21,426 bases of DNA from Chlamydiia bacterium (GTDB lineage Bacteria; Chlamydiota; Chlamydiia; Chlamydiales; Parachlamydiaceae): the NCBI GenBank assembly GCA_038257035.1, contig JBBSJT010000028.1, positions 1-21,426 on the forward strand. Reading direction: 5' to 3'. The number at the start of each line of letters is the position of its first letter. Position 1 is the first letter of the stretch. This document shows, piece by piece, positions 13,664-21,426 of the stretch. Position numbers and translations under genes: made by a program. The notes beneath the pieces are model-generated. The model did not search any database. It had not been told where the DNA came from and saw only the letters and a program-made list of their open reading frames with translations.

Positions 13664-15712
13664 TTAGAGTTTTTTGTTAAGGAATTCGACATGATCACCT
13701 TCTACAACTTCACTAATATTAGATGATCCCCATCTTTCGATGGTTTGATCAAATTTGATCGCGCGCTGTTCAGCTTGTCTTCCGACCAGAAAAATATCCA
13801 TGCCGGCCTCGATTGTAAAATTGTTCGGTTGATTTTCCAAAATATTATAAATGTTAGCTGTCATAAGCTTGGAAATTCCCAATTTTGTAACTTGAGAATA
13901 AACTAAGAATCCTTTTGTGAAATGAAAGCCTTTAGAAAAAGGTTTTACGTGGAACTCATTTTCAAATATTAGAATGGATCCACCGATTGGATCATCGAGA
14001 TCAATTTTCGGAACCCAAAGTTTCATCGGTTTTTTAATGTAAATTTTAAATTCATCATTTACCTTTTTGACCGACAAAATATCATCTTCAGGAAATCTTG
14101 ATAAAAAACTCTCTACTATTTTTGAAACAGGCTTGTTGTAGGAGTCGAAAATGTTTAAAAGTTCAATTTTTTTAGTGAGGATCGGTTCAGCTTTTGTCTC
14201 AATAAGAGGAATATCTTGTGCAAAGGGGTTTGTACTGTGATAGACACGATCTTCAGTTTTTATTGGTACATTCTTTATTAGCTCTTTTTCTATTGGTTCT
14301 TTTTCTATTGGTTCTTTTTCTATTGGTTCTTTTTCTATTGGTTCCTTATTTTCAATTGTTTGGTCTTCATTGGCTAAAATTTTTATCCCAAGTGTGTCTG
14401 CTTTTTCGGCACTTTGAACTGCTTCTATTTCAGGGGAAAAAATATCGGGTGTTTCAGCGATTAATTTATCATAAAGTTCTTTTTCATTTTCAATGTATCG
14501 TTTTAATAATTCTTCATTGTTTTTTACTTTTGATTTTTTAGTTTTTAGTTTGGCATTTAGTTTGAATATTTTATTTCTTTTTTCCTTCAAATCAGAATCA
14601 AGTTGCTTTTTTATTTCTTCAATTTCGTTTTTTAATTTGTTTAATTTTTTTTGTGAGTCTATCTTATTTAAGTGAACTTCATCTTTTTTTAAATTGAAGA
14701 GTTCTTGTAATTTGCAATCACTGTTTTTTTTACTAATTCCGAGTTCTTCTTCATGCTCGATAAGCGTTTCGTTATAAACTTTCAATTCGTCAATAGTTGT
14801 CTGATCAATGGCGATCCCCAAATGAATACGAGTTGTGTAGGTAAACTCATTTGTGATTTTGCTGATCTTATCTTTTATCCCCTTAATTGTTTTCTCATAA
14901 GTCTCATTTAAAATATTAATCTTTTCTATCTCTTTATCTAATGAAATTATTTTTTCTATTTTTTCAATTTCAAGAGTCTTTTTATTGATTTCGATTTGCG
15001 AGGGAAAATTGTTGTTGCTAGGATCTTCTAATAGGTTAAGCTGCATCCTTGTTTCTTCAATTTTTTTTTGACCATCCATTACTATTTTATTTGTATTTTT
15101 TAATTTGGAAATTAAAGAGGCTTTAGCCTTGTTATAGTTTTCTAGATCTTTGATGGCCTTCTCTTCTTTTTCCTGGGCCTTTATTATTTTATTTTCCTTT
15201 TTTCTTTGGATGATATCTGTAATGTTCTTTGTCGTATCATAGAATTTTTTGGAAAAGGAGGGGAAAAGTTTTAGGTTAATGGTGTGTCTCAAGGAAGCGA
15301 AAGCGAATGCAATACGATTATAGAGTGTTTTTTCGTTTGGAAGAGGTTGTTTTGGAATCGTCCACTCTGTTTGTGGATCGTTCATCAATGTAAATACAAG
15401 ATTAGAAATTTCAGGGACATTTAAAAAGGCATTATTCTTTTCAAAGTAATTAAAATGGATGATGTCTCTTTTTAAAATATTAGCTTTAACTTGCTCAAAA
15501 CGTGCACTATAATAAGGAGAGAGGTTTAAACAAAGAGTATGAATACAAGCTTTAAAAAGAATACCGATTTTTGCAAGGTTACTTGTCGCCTCATCATAAA
15601 GGGGGTCAAGAACAACGACCCCATCAAAGCTTTCCATGGCCTTGAAAATATCGGATGATAATTTTGGATAATATAGAAAATCGTTTGAGTCTAAAAGTTG
15701 TTGAAAATTCAT
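13664..15712 (-). CDS. Large multidomain hypothetical protein: duplicated N-terminal module, coiled coil, KEPIE repeats, C-terminal DUF538-like domain
   Basis: 682-aa ORF with a K/E-rich heptad-like region from about aa 165 to 420 and no signal peptide. Confidence 0.85.
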   Translation of the reverse strand: MNFQQLLDSNDFLYYPKLSSDIFKAMESFDGVVVLDPLYDEATSNLAKIGILFKACIHTLCLNLSPYYSARFEQVKANILKRDIIHFNYFEKNNAFLNVPEISNLVFTLMNDPQTEWTIPKQPLPNEKTLYNRIAFAFASLRHTINLKLFPSFSKKFYDTTKNITDIIQRKKENKIIKAQEKEEKAIKDLENYNKAKASLISKLKNTNKIVMDGQKKIEETRMQLNLLEDPSNNNFPSQIEINKKTLEIEKIEKIISLDKEIEKINILNETYEKTIKGIKDKISKITNEFTYTTRIHLGIAIDQTTIDELKVYNETLIEHEEELGISKKNSDCKLQELFNLKKDEVHLNKIDSQKKLNKLKNEIEEIKKQLDSDLKEKRNKIFKLNAKLKTKKSKVKNNEELLKRYIENEKELYDKLIAETPDIFSPEIEAVQSAEKADTLGIKILANEDQTIENKEPIEKEPIEKEPIEKEPIEKELIKNVPIKTEDRVYHSTNPFAQDIPLIETKAEPILTKKIELLNIFDSYNKPVSKIVESFLSRFPEDDILSVKKVNDEFKIYIKKPMKLWVPKIDLDDPIGGSILIFENEFHVKPFSKGFHFTKGFLVYSQVTKLGISKLMTANIYNILENQPNNFTIEAGMDIFLVGRQAEQRAIKFDQTIERWGSSNISEVVEGDHVEFLNKKL
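14283..14342. repeat. Perfect 15-bp tandem repeat x4, in frame (KEPIE)
   Basis: (TCTTTTTCTATTGGT)4 on the + strand. Confidence 0.95.
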
Positions 15713-15787
15713 TTTTTTTGCACTTTGTATTTACCTAATTAAAAGAGTGATATTAACCATCTTTTATTTATTTAATACAAGTTTTTC

Positions 15788-16579
15788 TTAAAGATTGTGC
15801 AAAGAAAAAAGGTCTGATGCATTTTTTGATGTAGACTCTAAAAGCTCTTCTAAAGGAATGTTTTTGATTTTTGCAATAAATGTAGCTGTTTCAACGATAT
15901 ATGCAGGCTCATTTATTTTGCCTCGTTTGCTTTGAGGAGCTAGGTAAGGGGCATCTGTTTCAATAAGAAGTTGGTTTAAAGGCACCATTTTTGCTATTTC
16001 TTGAAGTTCAAAACTTTTTTTAAAGGTGACAATACCGCTTAAAGAAAGATAAAATCCGCGATTAAGAACATTTTCAGCCTCATCCATTGTGCCTGTAAAG
16101 CAATGTAAAACCCCTTTGGCATGTTTGTTATTAGTAACATATTCCTTGTCAAGAATTTCAAAAAAATCCCGAAAGGCATCTCTGCAATGAATAATTACGG
16201 GAAGTTTACATTCCAGTGCCACATGCAAATAACGCCTTAAGAAATCTTTTTGGATATCCACTTTAGAATGGGTATAGTGATAATCAAGGCCTGTTTCCCC
16301 GATGGCTACAAGTAATTTATTTTTTGCAGCATCCACAATTAAAGGAAAAGAGCTTTCTCCGATTTTTTCTACGTCATGAGGAGTTATTGCGGCACTATTA
16401 TAAATCCATGGATATTGTTTTTTTAATTCCAAGGCTCTTGCAAGCGATTCAAGATCGGTGCAAATATTTACAATTTTTGTGACATTGCTAAGTTTAGCCC
16501 TTGCCAATATCTCGTGAATATTTACAAAGTTTGTTTCATCACAAGTAAGATGTGCGTGTGAGTCAATAAGTTCGTGCAT
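15788..16579 (-). CDS. tatD: TatD-family metal-dependent DNase
   Basis: IDSHAHL, AIGETGLDY, PVIIHCRDA, GVLHCFTG, LLIETDAPYLAP and NEPA motifs. Confidence 0.95.
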   Translation of the reverse strand: MHELIDSHAHLTCDETNFVNIHEILARAKLSNVTKIVNICTDLESLARALELKKQYPWIYNSAAITPHDVEKIGESSFPLIVDAAKNKLLVAIGETGLDYHYTHSKVDIQKDFLRRYLHVALECKLPVIIHCRDAFRDFFEILDKEYVTNNKHAKGVLHCFTGTMDEAENVLNRGFYLSLSGIVTFKKSFELQEIAKMVPLNQLLIETDAPYLAPQSKRGKINEPAYIVETATFIAKIKNIPLEELLESTSKNASDLFSLHNL

Positions 16580-16601
16580 AAATATACGTTTTTTTGATGT
16601 A

Positions 16602-16726
16602 GCTTTGTAGCGTAGGTTTTAACCTGCGCATGTTTTTGCAGGTTTTAACCTGCATGTTAAATTAATACAAAACCAACGGGTTAAAACCCGTTGAACATGC
16701 GCAGGTTAAAACCAACGCTACAAAGC
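16602..16726. repeat. GTAG-type REP doublet (REPIN) with two inner palindromes
   Basis: 33-bp arms 16602-16634 and 16694-16726 with one mismatch. GTAG (16607-16610) precedes the hairpin CGTAGGTTTTAACCTGCG, and CTAC is at 16718-16721. Inner palindromes at 16637-16654 and 16674-16693. Confidence 0.85.
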
Positions 16727-16735
16727 GATCTTATA

Positions 16736-18979
16736 CTATAGCTCGTTTAAGTAATTAATCACAACGTCCGAGGTTAGCACTTGCGGAAGTATTTTGGCTG
16801 TTTCGTCTTTGTCTTTTCCATAAAGCACATAAAGCGGAACGCTATTGCGACCAAATTTGGCAAGCTCTTTTGTAATAATCGGATCTTTTTTTGTCCAATC
16901 AGCTTTCATCCTGACAACACCTGCAGATTTGAATTTTTCTTCCGTTGCAGCAGTTGTTAGGCTCATATGATTCGTTTGGCAAATCAAACACCATTTAGCT
17001 GTAAAGTCGACAAAAACAGGAATGCCTTGGGCTTGCAATTCAGCAATTCTTTTTGGGGAAAATGGCTCCCAGCCAGAAATGGAAGCTATTTCTTCTGTTT
17101 TTGATTGATCTAAGGGTGCACTATTTACAGATTCAAAGATAACAAAAATTCCGAAAGCTAAAAAGACAAGACTTATAATAAGGCCAATGCTGCGAGTCCT
17201 TTTTTTCTTCATTGGCGTTACCCATTTGCCATAAATCCAGCAACTTAATGAGAAAAGGAAGAAAGAGCCAAGGAGCATGATAAGGCTTAGGCTGTCTGTT
17301 TGAGCAGTAAACACAAATAGCAGCCAAATTGTTGTGGCCATCATTAAAAAGCCCATGATCTCTTTGAATGTAATCATCCAATTGCCTGGCTTCGGTATAA
17401 AGCGAAGAAGTGAGGGGTAGGCTGAAAGCAGAAGATAAGGAAAAGCCATACCAGCTCCTAGCATAGTAAAAATAAGCAATGCAGATACTGAAGGAAGTGT
17501 TACCGCATAGCCTACAGCCGATCCTAAAAATGGGCCTGTGCAAGGAGTTGCCAATGCTGTTGCTAATACTCCACTAAGAAAAGAGCTTGTCAGCCCTTTT
17601 GCTTTATGATTGATGCTTCCTGCGGCTGATGTAACACTTGTGCCAAGTTCCATGACGCCGAATAAATTAAGGCCAAGAATAAAGATGATGGAGGCAAGCA
17701 TCGCCACAAAAATAGGCTCTTGTAGTTGAAAGCCCCAACCAACAGATTGACCGTAAGCTTGTAGGATTAATAAAACGCCGGCCAAAGCCCAAAAAGAGAT
17801 TAAAACACCTAAAGAAAAACTAAGGCCATGTTGAAAGCAGAGTTTGCGGTTCTCACCCGACATTTTAACAAAGCTAAAGATTTTTAATGAAAGAACCGGC
17901 AATACACAAGGCATGAGGTTTAAGATCATTCCACCAATAAAGGCAAAAAGAAGGGCCATCTCAAAGTGACCTTCAAATTCTGAAAGAGGTGGCTCTTTTG
18001 GTGAGGTTTGGGTTGCTTCATTTGGCAGGAGTTTCAAAGCTTGTTTTTCAATTTCAGATTTTGATAAAAGAGCAATTTCATTGTCGCTTTTCTTTAAAGA
18101 AATATTTACAGCTATTGATTCTTTAACGGTCTCATCTTCGTTTACAAAAACTAAAACACCCTTTAACTGATCAAATTTTTGAGAACCTTGTCGCTTTAAC
18201 GTGACTTGATAATGAAAATCAGTGTTCAAATCTTCCGGCTTAATATTGAAATTAGTAACGGCCTTATGGTCGATAAAATCTGTTTCTTCCGGAAAAAAAT
18301 AAGCTTTTACAAAAGGGACTGTATGATTTGTCGGCAGTTTAATTTTAAGATGAATCAAATCATCATTTTCATGTCTGGCATTTAAATCCCAGTTGAGTTT
18401 TGGTAGATTTTGTCTCGCTTTTTCAAAAGTGCTGGAAGTTGTGTTAGATTTTTCATTTTGAGCAATGAGTTTAGTTGAAACATTAGATGTTCCTGGTAAA
18501 CACATACTATCTGAACAAGCAAGCCAACTAACCGAAGCGCCAATTTCCAAAGACTCATTTTCTTTTAGTTTTTTAGGGGCTGTTAGATCGACGATAAGCT
18601 TTAATTCATCCATATAACCGATACCAACGGTTGTATCAGTTGCAAGTCGGTGAGGGGTGGGCCAATGAATCTCTTTAACAGCAAAGCCTTCCGGAAGTGT
18701 CCAATCAATATGGATCGGCATGCCTAGATCGCCCGGGTTTTTCCAGTAAGTATGCCAATTTTCATCAATTTTAAAGTGAAGAATGAGTGAAAAGGGTGTC
18801 CCTTCTTGAATTGTTTCATGGTCTTTGACAATTTCAATATAAATTGGGGGTGCATCGTCAGAGACGGACTCTTCTGCTAATGTAGATTGTTTTGTTTGAT
18901 CATCTGCAATGATTGCTGTTGACGTATATAAGTTTAGGGCAAGTAAGAGTATGAGAATACGGTTTAATAAGTTCATCAT
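16736..18979 (-). CDS. dsbD: Thiol:disulfide interchange protein DsbD family
   Basis: Signal peptide; N-domain WHTYWKNPGD...CSDSMC; TM domain LNLMPCVLP and ATPCTGP; thioredoxin domain DFTAKWCLIC. AAGGAGA RBS. Confidence 0.93.
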   Translation of the reverse strand: MMNLLNRILILLLALNLYTSTAIIADDQTKQSTLAEESVSDDAPPIYIEIVKDHETIQEGTPFSLILHFKIDENWHTYWKNPGDLGMPIHIDWTLPEGFAVKEIHWPTPHRLATDTTVGIGYMDELKLIVDLTAPKKLKENESLEIGASVSWLACSDSMCLPGTSNVSTKLIAQNEKSNTTSSTFEKARQNLPKLNWDLNARHENDDLIHLKIKLPTNHTVPFVKAYFFPEETDFIDHKAVTNFNIKPEDLNTDFHYQVTLKRQGSQKFDQLKGVLVFVNEDETVKESIAVNISLKKSDNEIALLSKSEIEKQALKLLPNEATQTSPKEPPLSEFEGHFEMALLFAFIGGMILNLMPCVLPVLSLKIFSFVKMSGENRKLCFQHGLSFSLGVLISFWALAGVLLILQAYGQSVGWGFQLQEPIFVAMLASIIFILGLNLFGVMELGTSVTSAAGSINHKAKGLTSSFLSGVLATALATPCTGPFLGSAVGYAVTLPSVSALLIFTMLGAGMAFPYLLLSAYPSLLRFIPKPGNWMITFKEIMGFLMMATTIWLLFVFTAQTDSLSLIMLLGSFFLFSLSCWIYGKWVTPMKKKRTRSIGLIISLVFLAFGIFVIFESVNSAPLDQSKTEEIASISGWEPFSPKRIAELQAQGIPVFVDFTAKWCLICQTNHMSLTTAATEEKFKSAGVVRMKADWTKKDPIITKELAKFGRNSVPLYVLYGKDKDETAKILPQVLTSDVVINYLNEL

Positions 18980-19110
18980 TGCTTGACAAGTCTCCTTTTT
19001 TAGAGTATCTATATAGACATACTAGTTATGGTTCAATAAGGAATCTTGCAAAGAAGATTTCTAGCCAAATTTAAGTATGTACCAAAGTTGACAGTATACA
19101 GGTTTTTATA

Positions 19111-19866
19111 ATGTTTGTAAATCATTTCTTTATTTTATCTAGTAATCCTTTTTTTAATGCTTATACTCATTCTGATGTTTTAGGTAAATTAATATTTATA
19201 GGATTGATTACTTTATCTATTGTTACTTGGGTTCTAATTACATACAAATTTCTCTCGCTTTACATGGCTAAAAAAAATGCCATTAAATTTTATAGGCAAT
19301 TTCAGTCTCAAAAAAATAATTTACTAAATTTTGAATATGCGATAACAGAAAAAGAAAAAAAAACGAATCCATTTTTCCGCCTTTATCAATTGTTTAAAAA
19401 ACAAACCATAGACATTTTAAACAAAAATAAACTTTGTAAAGAAAATAAAAGTCCTGAAAATGCTGTTTATTTATCTAGGGGTGACATCAATTTTATTGAA
19501 TCTCAAATTCAAAATAAGATTTCGTCAGAAGTCAACGGGCTGGAAAAGCATCTTTTTATTTTATCCACTATTGTGAGTTTGGCTCCTTTTTTAGGATTAC
19601 TTGGCACTGTTTGGGGGATACTCATAACTTTTTCAGAACTTCAGACAATGGCGGCGGGAAGTACAAATCAGATGATGCTTAGTGGATTGTCGCTTGCTCT
19701 TGCTACAACTGTCATTGGACTTATCGATGCCATACCGGCGCTGATTGCCTATAACTATTTTAAAAATATGATTGTCGATATCGAAATGGAGATGGAAGGT
19801 TTTTCCACAGAAATTTTATCTACAATCGAACTCAATTACAGACAAGTTGATGTTATTTATGGCTAG
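19111..19866 (+). CDS. tolQ: MotA/TolQ/ExbB proton channel protein
   Basis: APFLGLLGTVWGI and ALATTVIGL..AIPALIAYNYF motifs. The Chlamydia ortholog is often annotated exbB. Confidence 0.9.
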   Translation: MFVNHFFILSSNPFFNAYTHSDVLGKLIFIGLITLSIVTWVLITYKFLSLYMAKKNAIKFYRQFQSQKNNLLNFEYAITEKEKKTNPFFRLYQLFKKQTIDILNKNKLCKENKSPENAVYLSRGDINFIESQIQNKISSEVNGLEKHLFILSTIVSLAPFLGLLGTVWGILITFSELQTMAAGSTNQMMLSGLSLALATTVIGLIDAIPALIAYNYFKNMIVDIEMEMEGFSTEILSTIELNYRQVDVIYG

Positions 19867-20275
19867 ACGACTATATAAAAGAGTGACAGAAGAACCTCAA
19901 GTTAACTTGACCCCATTAATTGATGTCGTGTTTGTGATTTTAATTATGTTTATTGTTATTACGCCTCTTCTTGAACTTGACAGAGTTCAGCTAGCGGAAG
20001 GGAAAAATGATTTTACAGACCTTTCCACCTCAGTGCAGCAAAGTAGTGAAATTGCAATTCATGTGCATCGCAATAATAGCGTCTGGTTTGCAGGGAAATT
20101 GATTAAAATAGAAGAGCTTGTTTTAGCTTTAAAACAGGCAAGGCAAAAACAGCCAAATGCAAGAGCCCAACTTTTTCACGATAAACAAGCCCATTTTGGA
20201 ACTTACCAATCCGTTAAGAATGCAGCTGAAGAGGCAGGTTTTAAAGAGCTTGATGTGATCCTTAAACCATCTTAA
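19859..20275 (+). CDS. exbD: ExbD/TolR family protein
   Basis: VNLTPLIDVVFVILIMFIVITP motif. The likely start is the ATG at 19859 (MARRLYKR), overlapping tolQ by 8 bp, rather than 19772. Confidence 0.9.
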   Translation: MARRLYKRVTEEPQVNLTPLIDVVFVILIMFIVITPLLELDRVQLAEGKNDFTDLSTSVQQSSEIAIHVHRNNSVWFAGKLIKIEELVLALKQARQKQPNARAQLFHDKQAHFGTYQSVKNAAEEAGFKELDVILKPS

Positions 20276-20288
20276 AAGTTTTTAAGAA

Positions 20289-21320
20289 ATGATAGTAACA
20301 TCCTGCTTTGAAAAATCAAAAAATAAGTCATTACCATTAATTACTGCTGCAGTCATATTGTTACATGGCATTTTACTAATTATGATGACTTTTCAAACTG
20401 TTGAAAAGCATTTTCCAAAAAAATATCAGAATAAAGTGCTCGTCAAAACAATCACCTTGCAACCAAAAGAAATAGAAATTGCAGCTGTAATTGAGAACCT
20501 TTTTGAACCCAAAGAAGAATTGATCGTTGCTGCACATGAAGTTGAAAAACAGCCGGAAATTGAAAAAATCCTAGAGCCTGAAATAACTGAACCAAAAATT
20601 GCGCCAATAACTGAACCGAAAATAGAGCCAAAAATTGAAATTGAGCCAATAACGGAACCCATTAAAAAACCGGAACCTGTAAAAAAAGTAGAACCGGTCA
20701 AAAAAATTGAACCAATAAATGAACCCATTAAAAAACCTCTGCCTGTAAAAAAGGTAGAGCCGATTAAAAAAGTTGAACCGGTAAGAAAAGTAGAACCGGT
20801 AAAAAAACCGGAGCTTAAAAAAGTAGACCCTATAAAAAAAGTAGAGCCGATTAAAAAAGTGGAGCCTAAAAAGGTGGATCCAAAAATTGCTGAAATGCAA
20901 GCCAAAAAGAAAGAGTTATTAGCTTCGGTATCAAAAAATCTTGAAAAAGTAAAGCAGGCTTCAACATCATCTTTAAAAAAAGAAAATACCACAATTGCTA
21001 AAATTAAACCTTTGCCGTTAGGAAGTTTAAGCATTGATGCAGAAGACGGTAAAGACTCTTATAATGTGCGTGAAGTGAGCTACCGAAACGAGCTTGCAAG
21101 CCGTCTTAAGAACTTACTTAAATTGCCGGAAAATGGTGAAGTGAAAATCAAGCTTACAATTGGAAGTACGGGCAAGTTTATTAACCTTATCGTGACAAGC
21201 TTTGAGAGTCAAAAAAACCGCAAATACATTGAGGAAACGATTAAGAAACTGACATTTCCTAGCTTTTCTGGAAACTTTAATAATGCAACTGAATATACTT
21301 TTTCCATCACCCTCAAATGA
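20289..21320 (+). CDS. TolA/TonB-like energy transducer
   Basis: N-terminal TM helix with His (AAVILLHGILL), long Pro/Lys/Glu repeat spacer and a TonB/TolA-like C-terminal domain. Follows tolQ-exbD. Confidence 0.8.
   Translation: MIVTSCFEKSKNKSLPLITAAVILLHGILLIMMTFQTVEKHFPKKYQNKVLVKTITLQPKEIEIAAVIENLFEPKEELIVAAHEVEKQPEIEKILEPEITEPKIAPITEPKIEPKIEIEPITEPIKKPEPVKKVEPVKKIEPINEPIKKPLPVKKVEPIKKVEPVRKVEPVKKPELKKVDPIKKVEPIKKVEPKKVDPKIAEMQAKKKELLASVSKNLEKVKQASTSSLKKENTTIAKIKPLPLGSLSIDAEDGKDSYNVREVSYRNELASRLKNLLKLPENGEVKIKLTIGSTGKFINLIVTSFESQKNRKYIEETIKKLTFPSFSGNFNNATEYTFSITLK
20575..20886 (+). repeat. Degenerate in-frame tandem repeats (EPKI/ITEP, then 18-bp P[VI]KKV[ED] units)
   Basis: Visible in the protein (EPVKKVEPVKKIEP...DPIKKVEPIKKVEP), with synonymous divergence between the DNA units. 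Confidence 0.85.
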
Positions 21321-21322
21321 GG

Positions 21323-21351
21323 TTGAAAATTCCCTGTCAATAGCGTATTCT
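21323..21351 (+). promoter_or_regulatory. Putative sigma66 promoter for the next gene (tolB expected from chlamydial synteny, not visible here)
   Basis: TTGAAA (21323-21328), 17-bp spacer, TATTCT (21346-21351). Confidence 0.45.
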
Positions 21352-21426
21352 ACAAACAAAAATTCATTATTCAAGTGGATACAGTTGTGCTATTTGAAAC
21401 TGAAAACGTGCAAATATTAAAGTTAT

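Noticed and set aside
17133..17543. 136-aa alternate-frame ORF inside dsbD
   Set aside because: dsbD is intact in a single frame, so there is no sign of a frameshift or a separate product.
18983..19112. TTGACA hexamers at 18983 and 19089 as the tolQ promoter
   Set aside because: Neither has a good -10 box at 16-18 bp, and the first lies between the dsbD RBS and start codon.
20426..21034. 202-aa antisense ORF, and the 109-aa ORF at 20571-20900
   Set aside because: Shadows of the repetitive tolA-like gene. The FLIGSTF repeats are simply the reverse complement of the PxKKVE codons.

Overview
AT-rich bacterial DNA, most likely from an environmental Chlamydiota (Parachlamydiales-like) genome. 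It has three recognisable chlamydial backbone blocks: lpdA-lipA with a divergent CT556-like gene; psd...secA; and tatD-dsbD diverging from tolQ/exbB-tolR/exbD-tolA-like. Accessory genes are interleaved, several with eukaryote-like motifs: a divergent BTB/BACK-like protein, a permuted papain-fold (PPPDE/LRAT-like) protein directly behind secA, a membrane-anchored alpha/beta hydrolase, and two adjacent proteins that share a domain resembling plant DUF538. Five intergenic spaces each hold a different palindromic element, none encoding a mobilising enzyme. These are a CAT...ATG MITE with a 10-bp target duplication carrying a REP cluster, two long hairpins built from 8-nt repeats, a degenerate AAAGGAC(T)-type inverted repeat, and a GTAG REPIN. 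All domain assignments come from reading motifs by eye, not from database searches.
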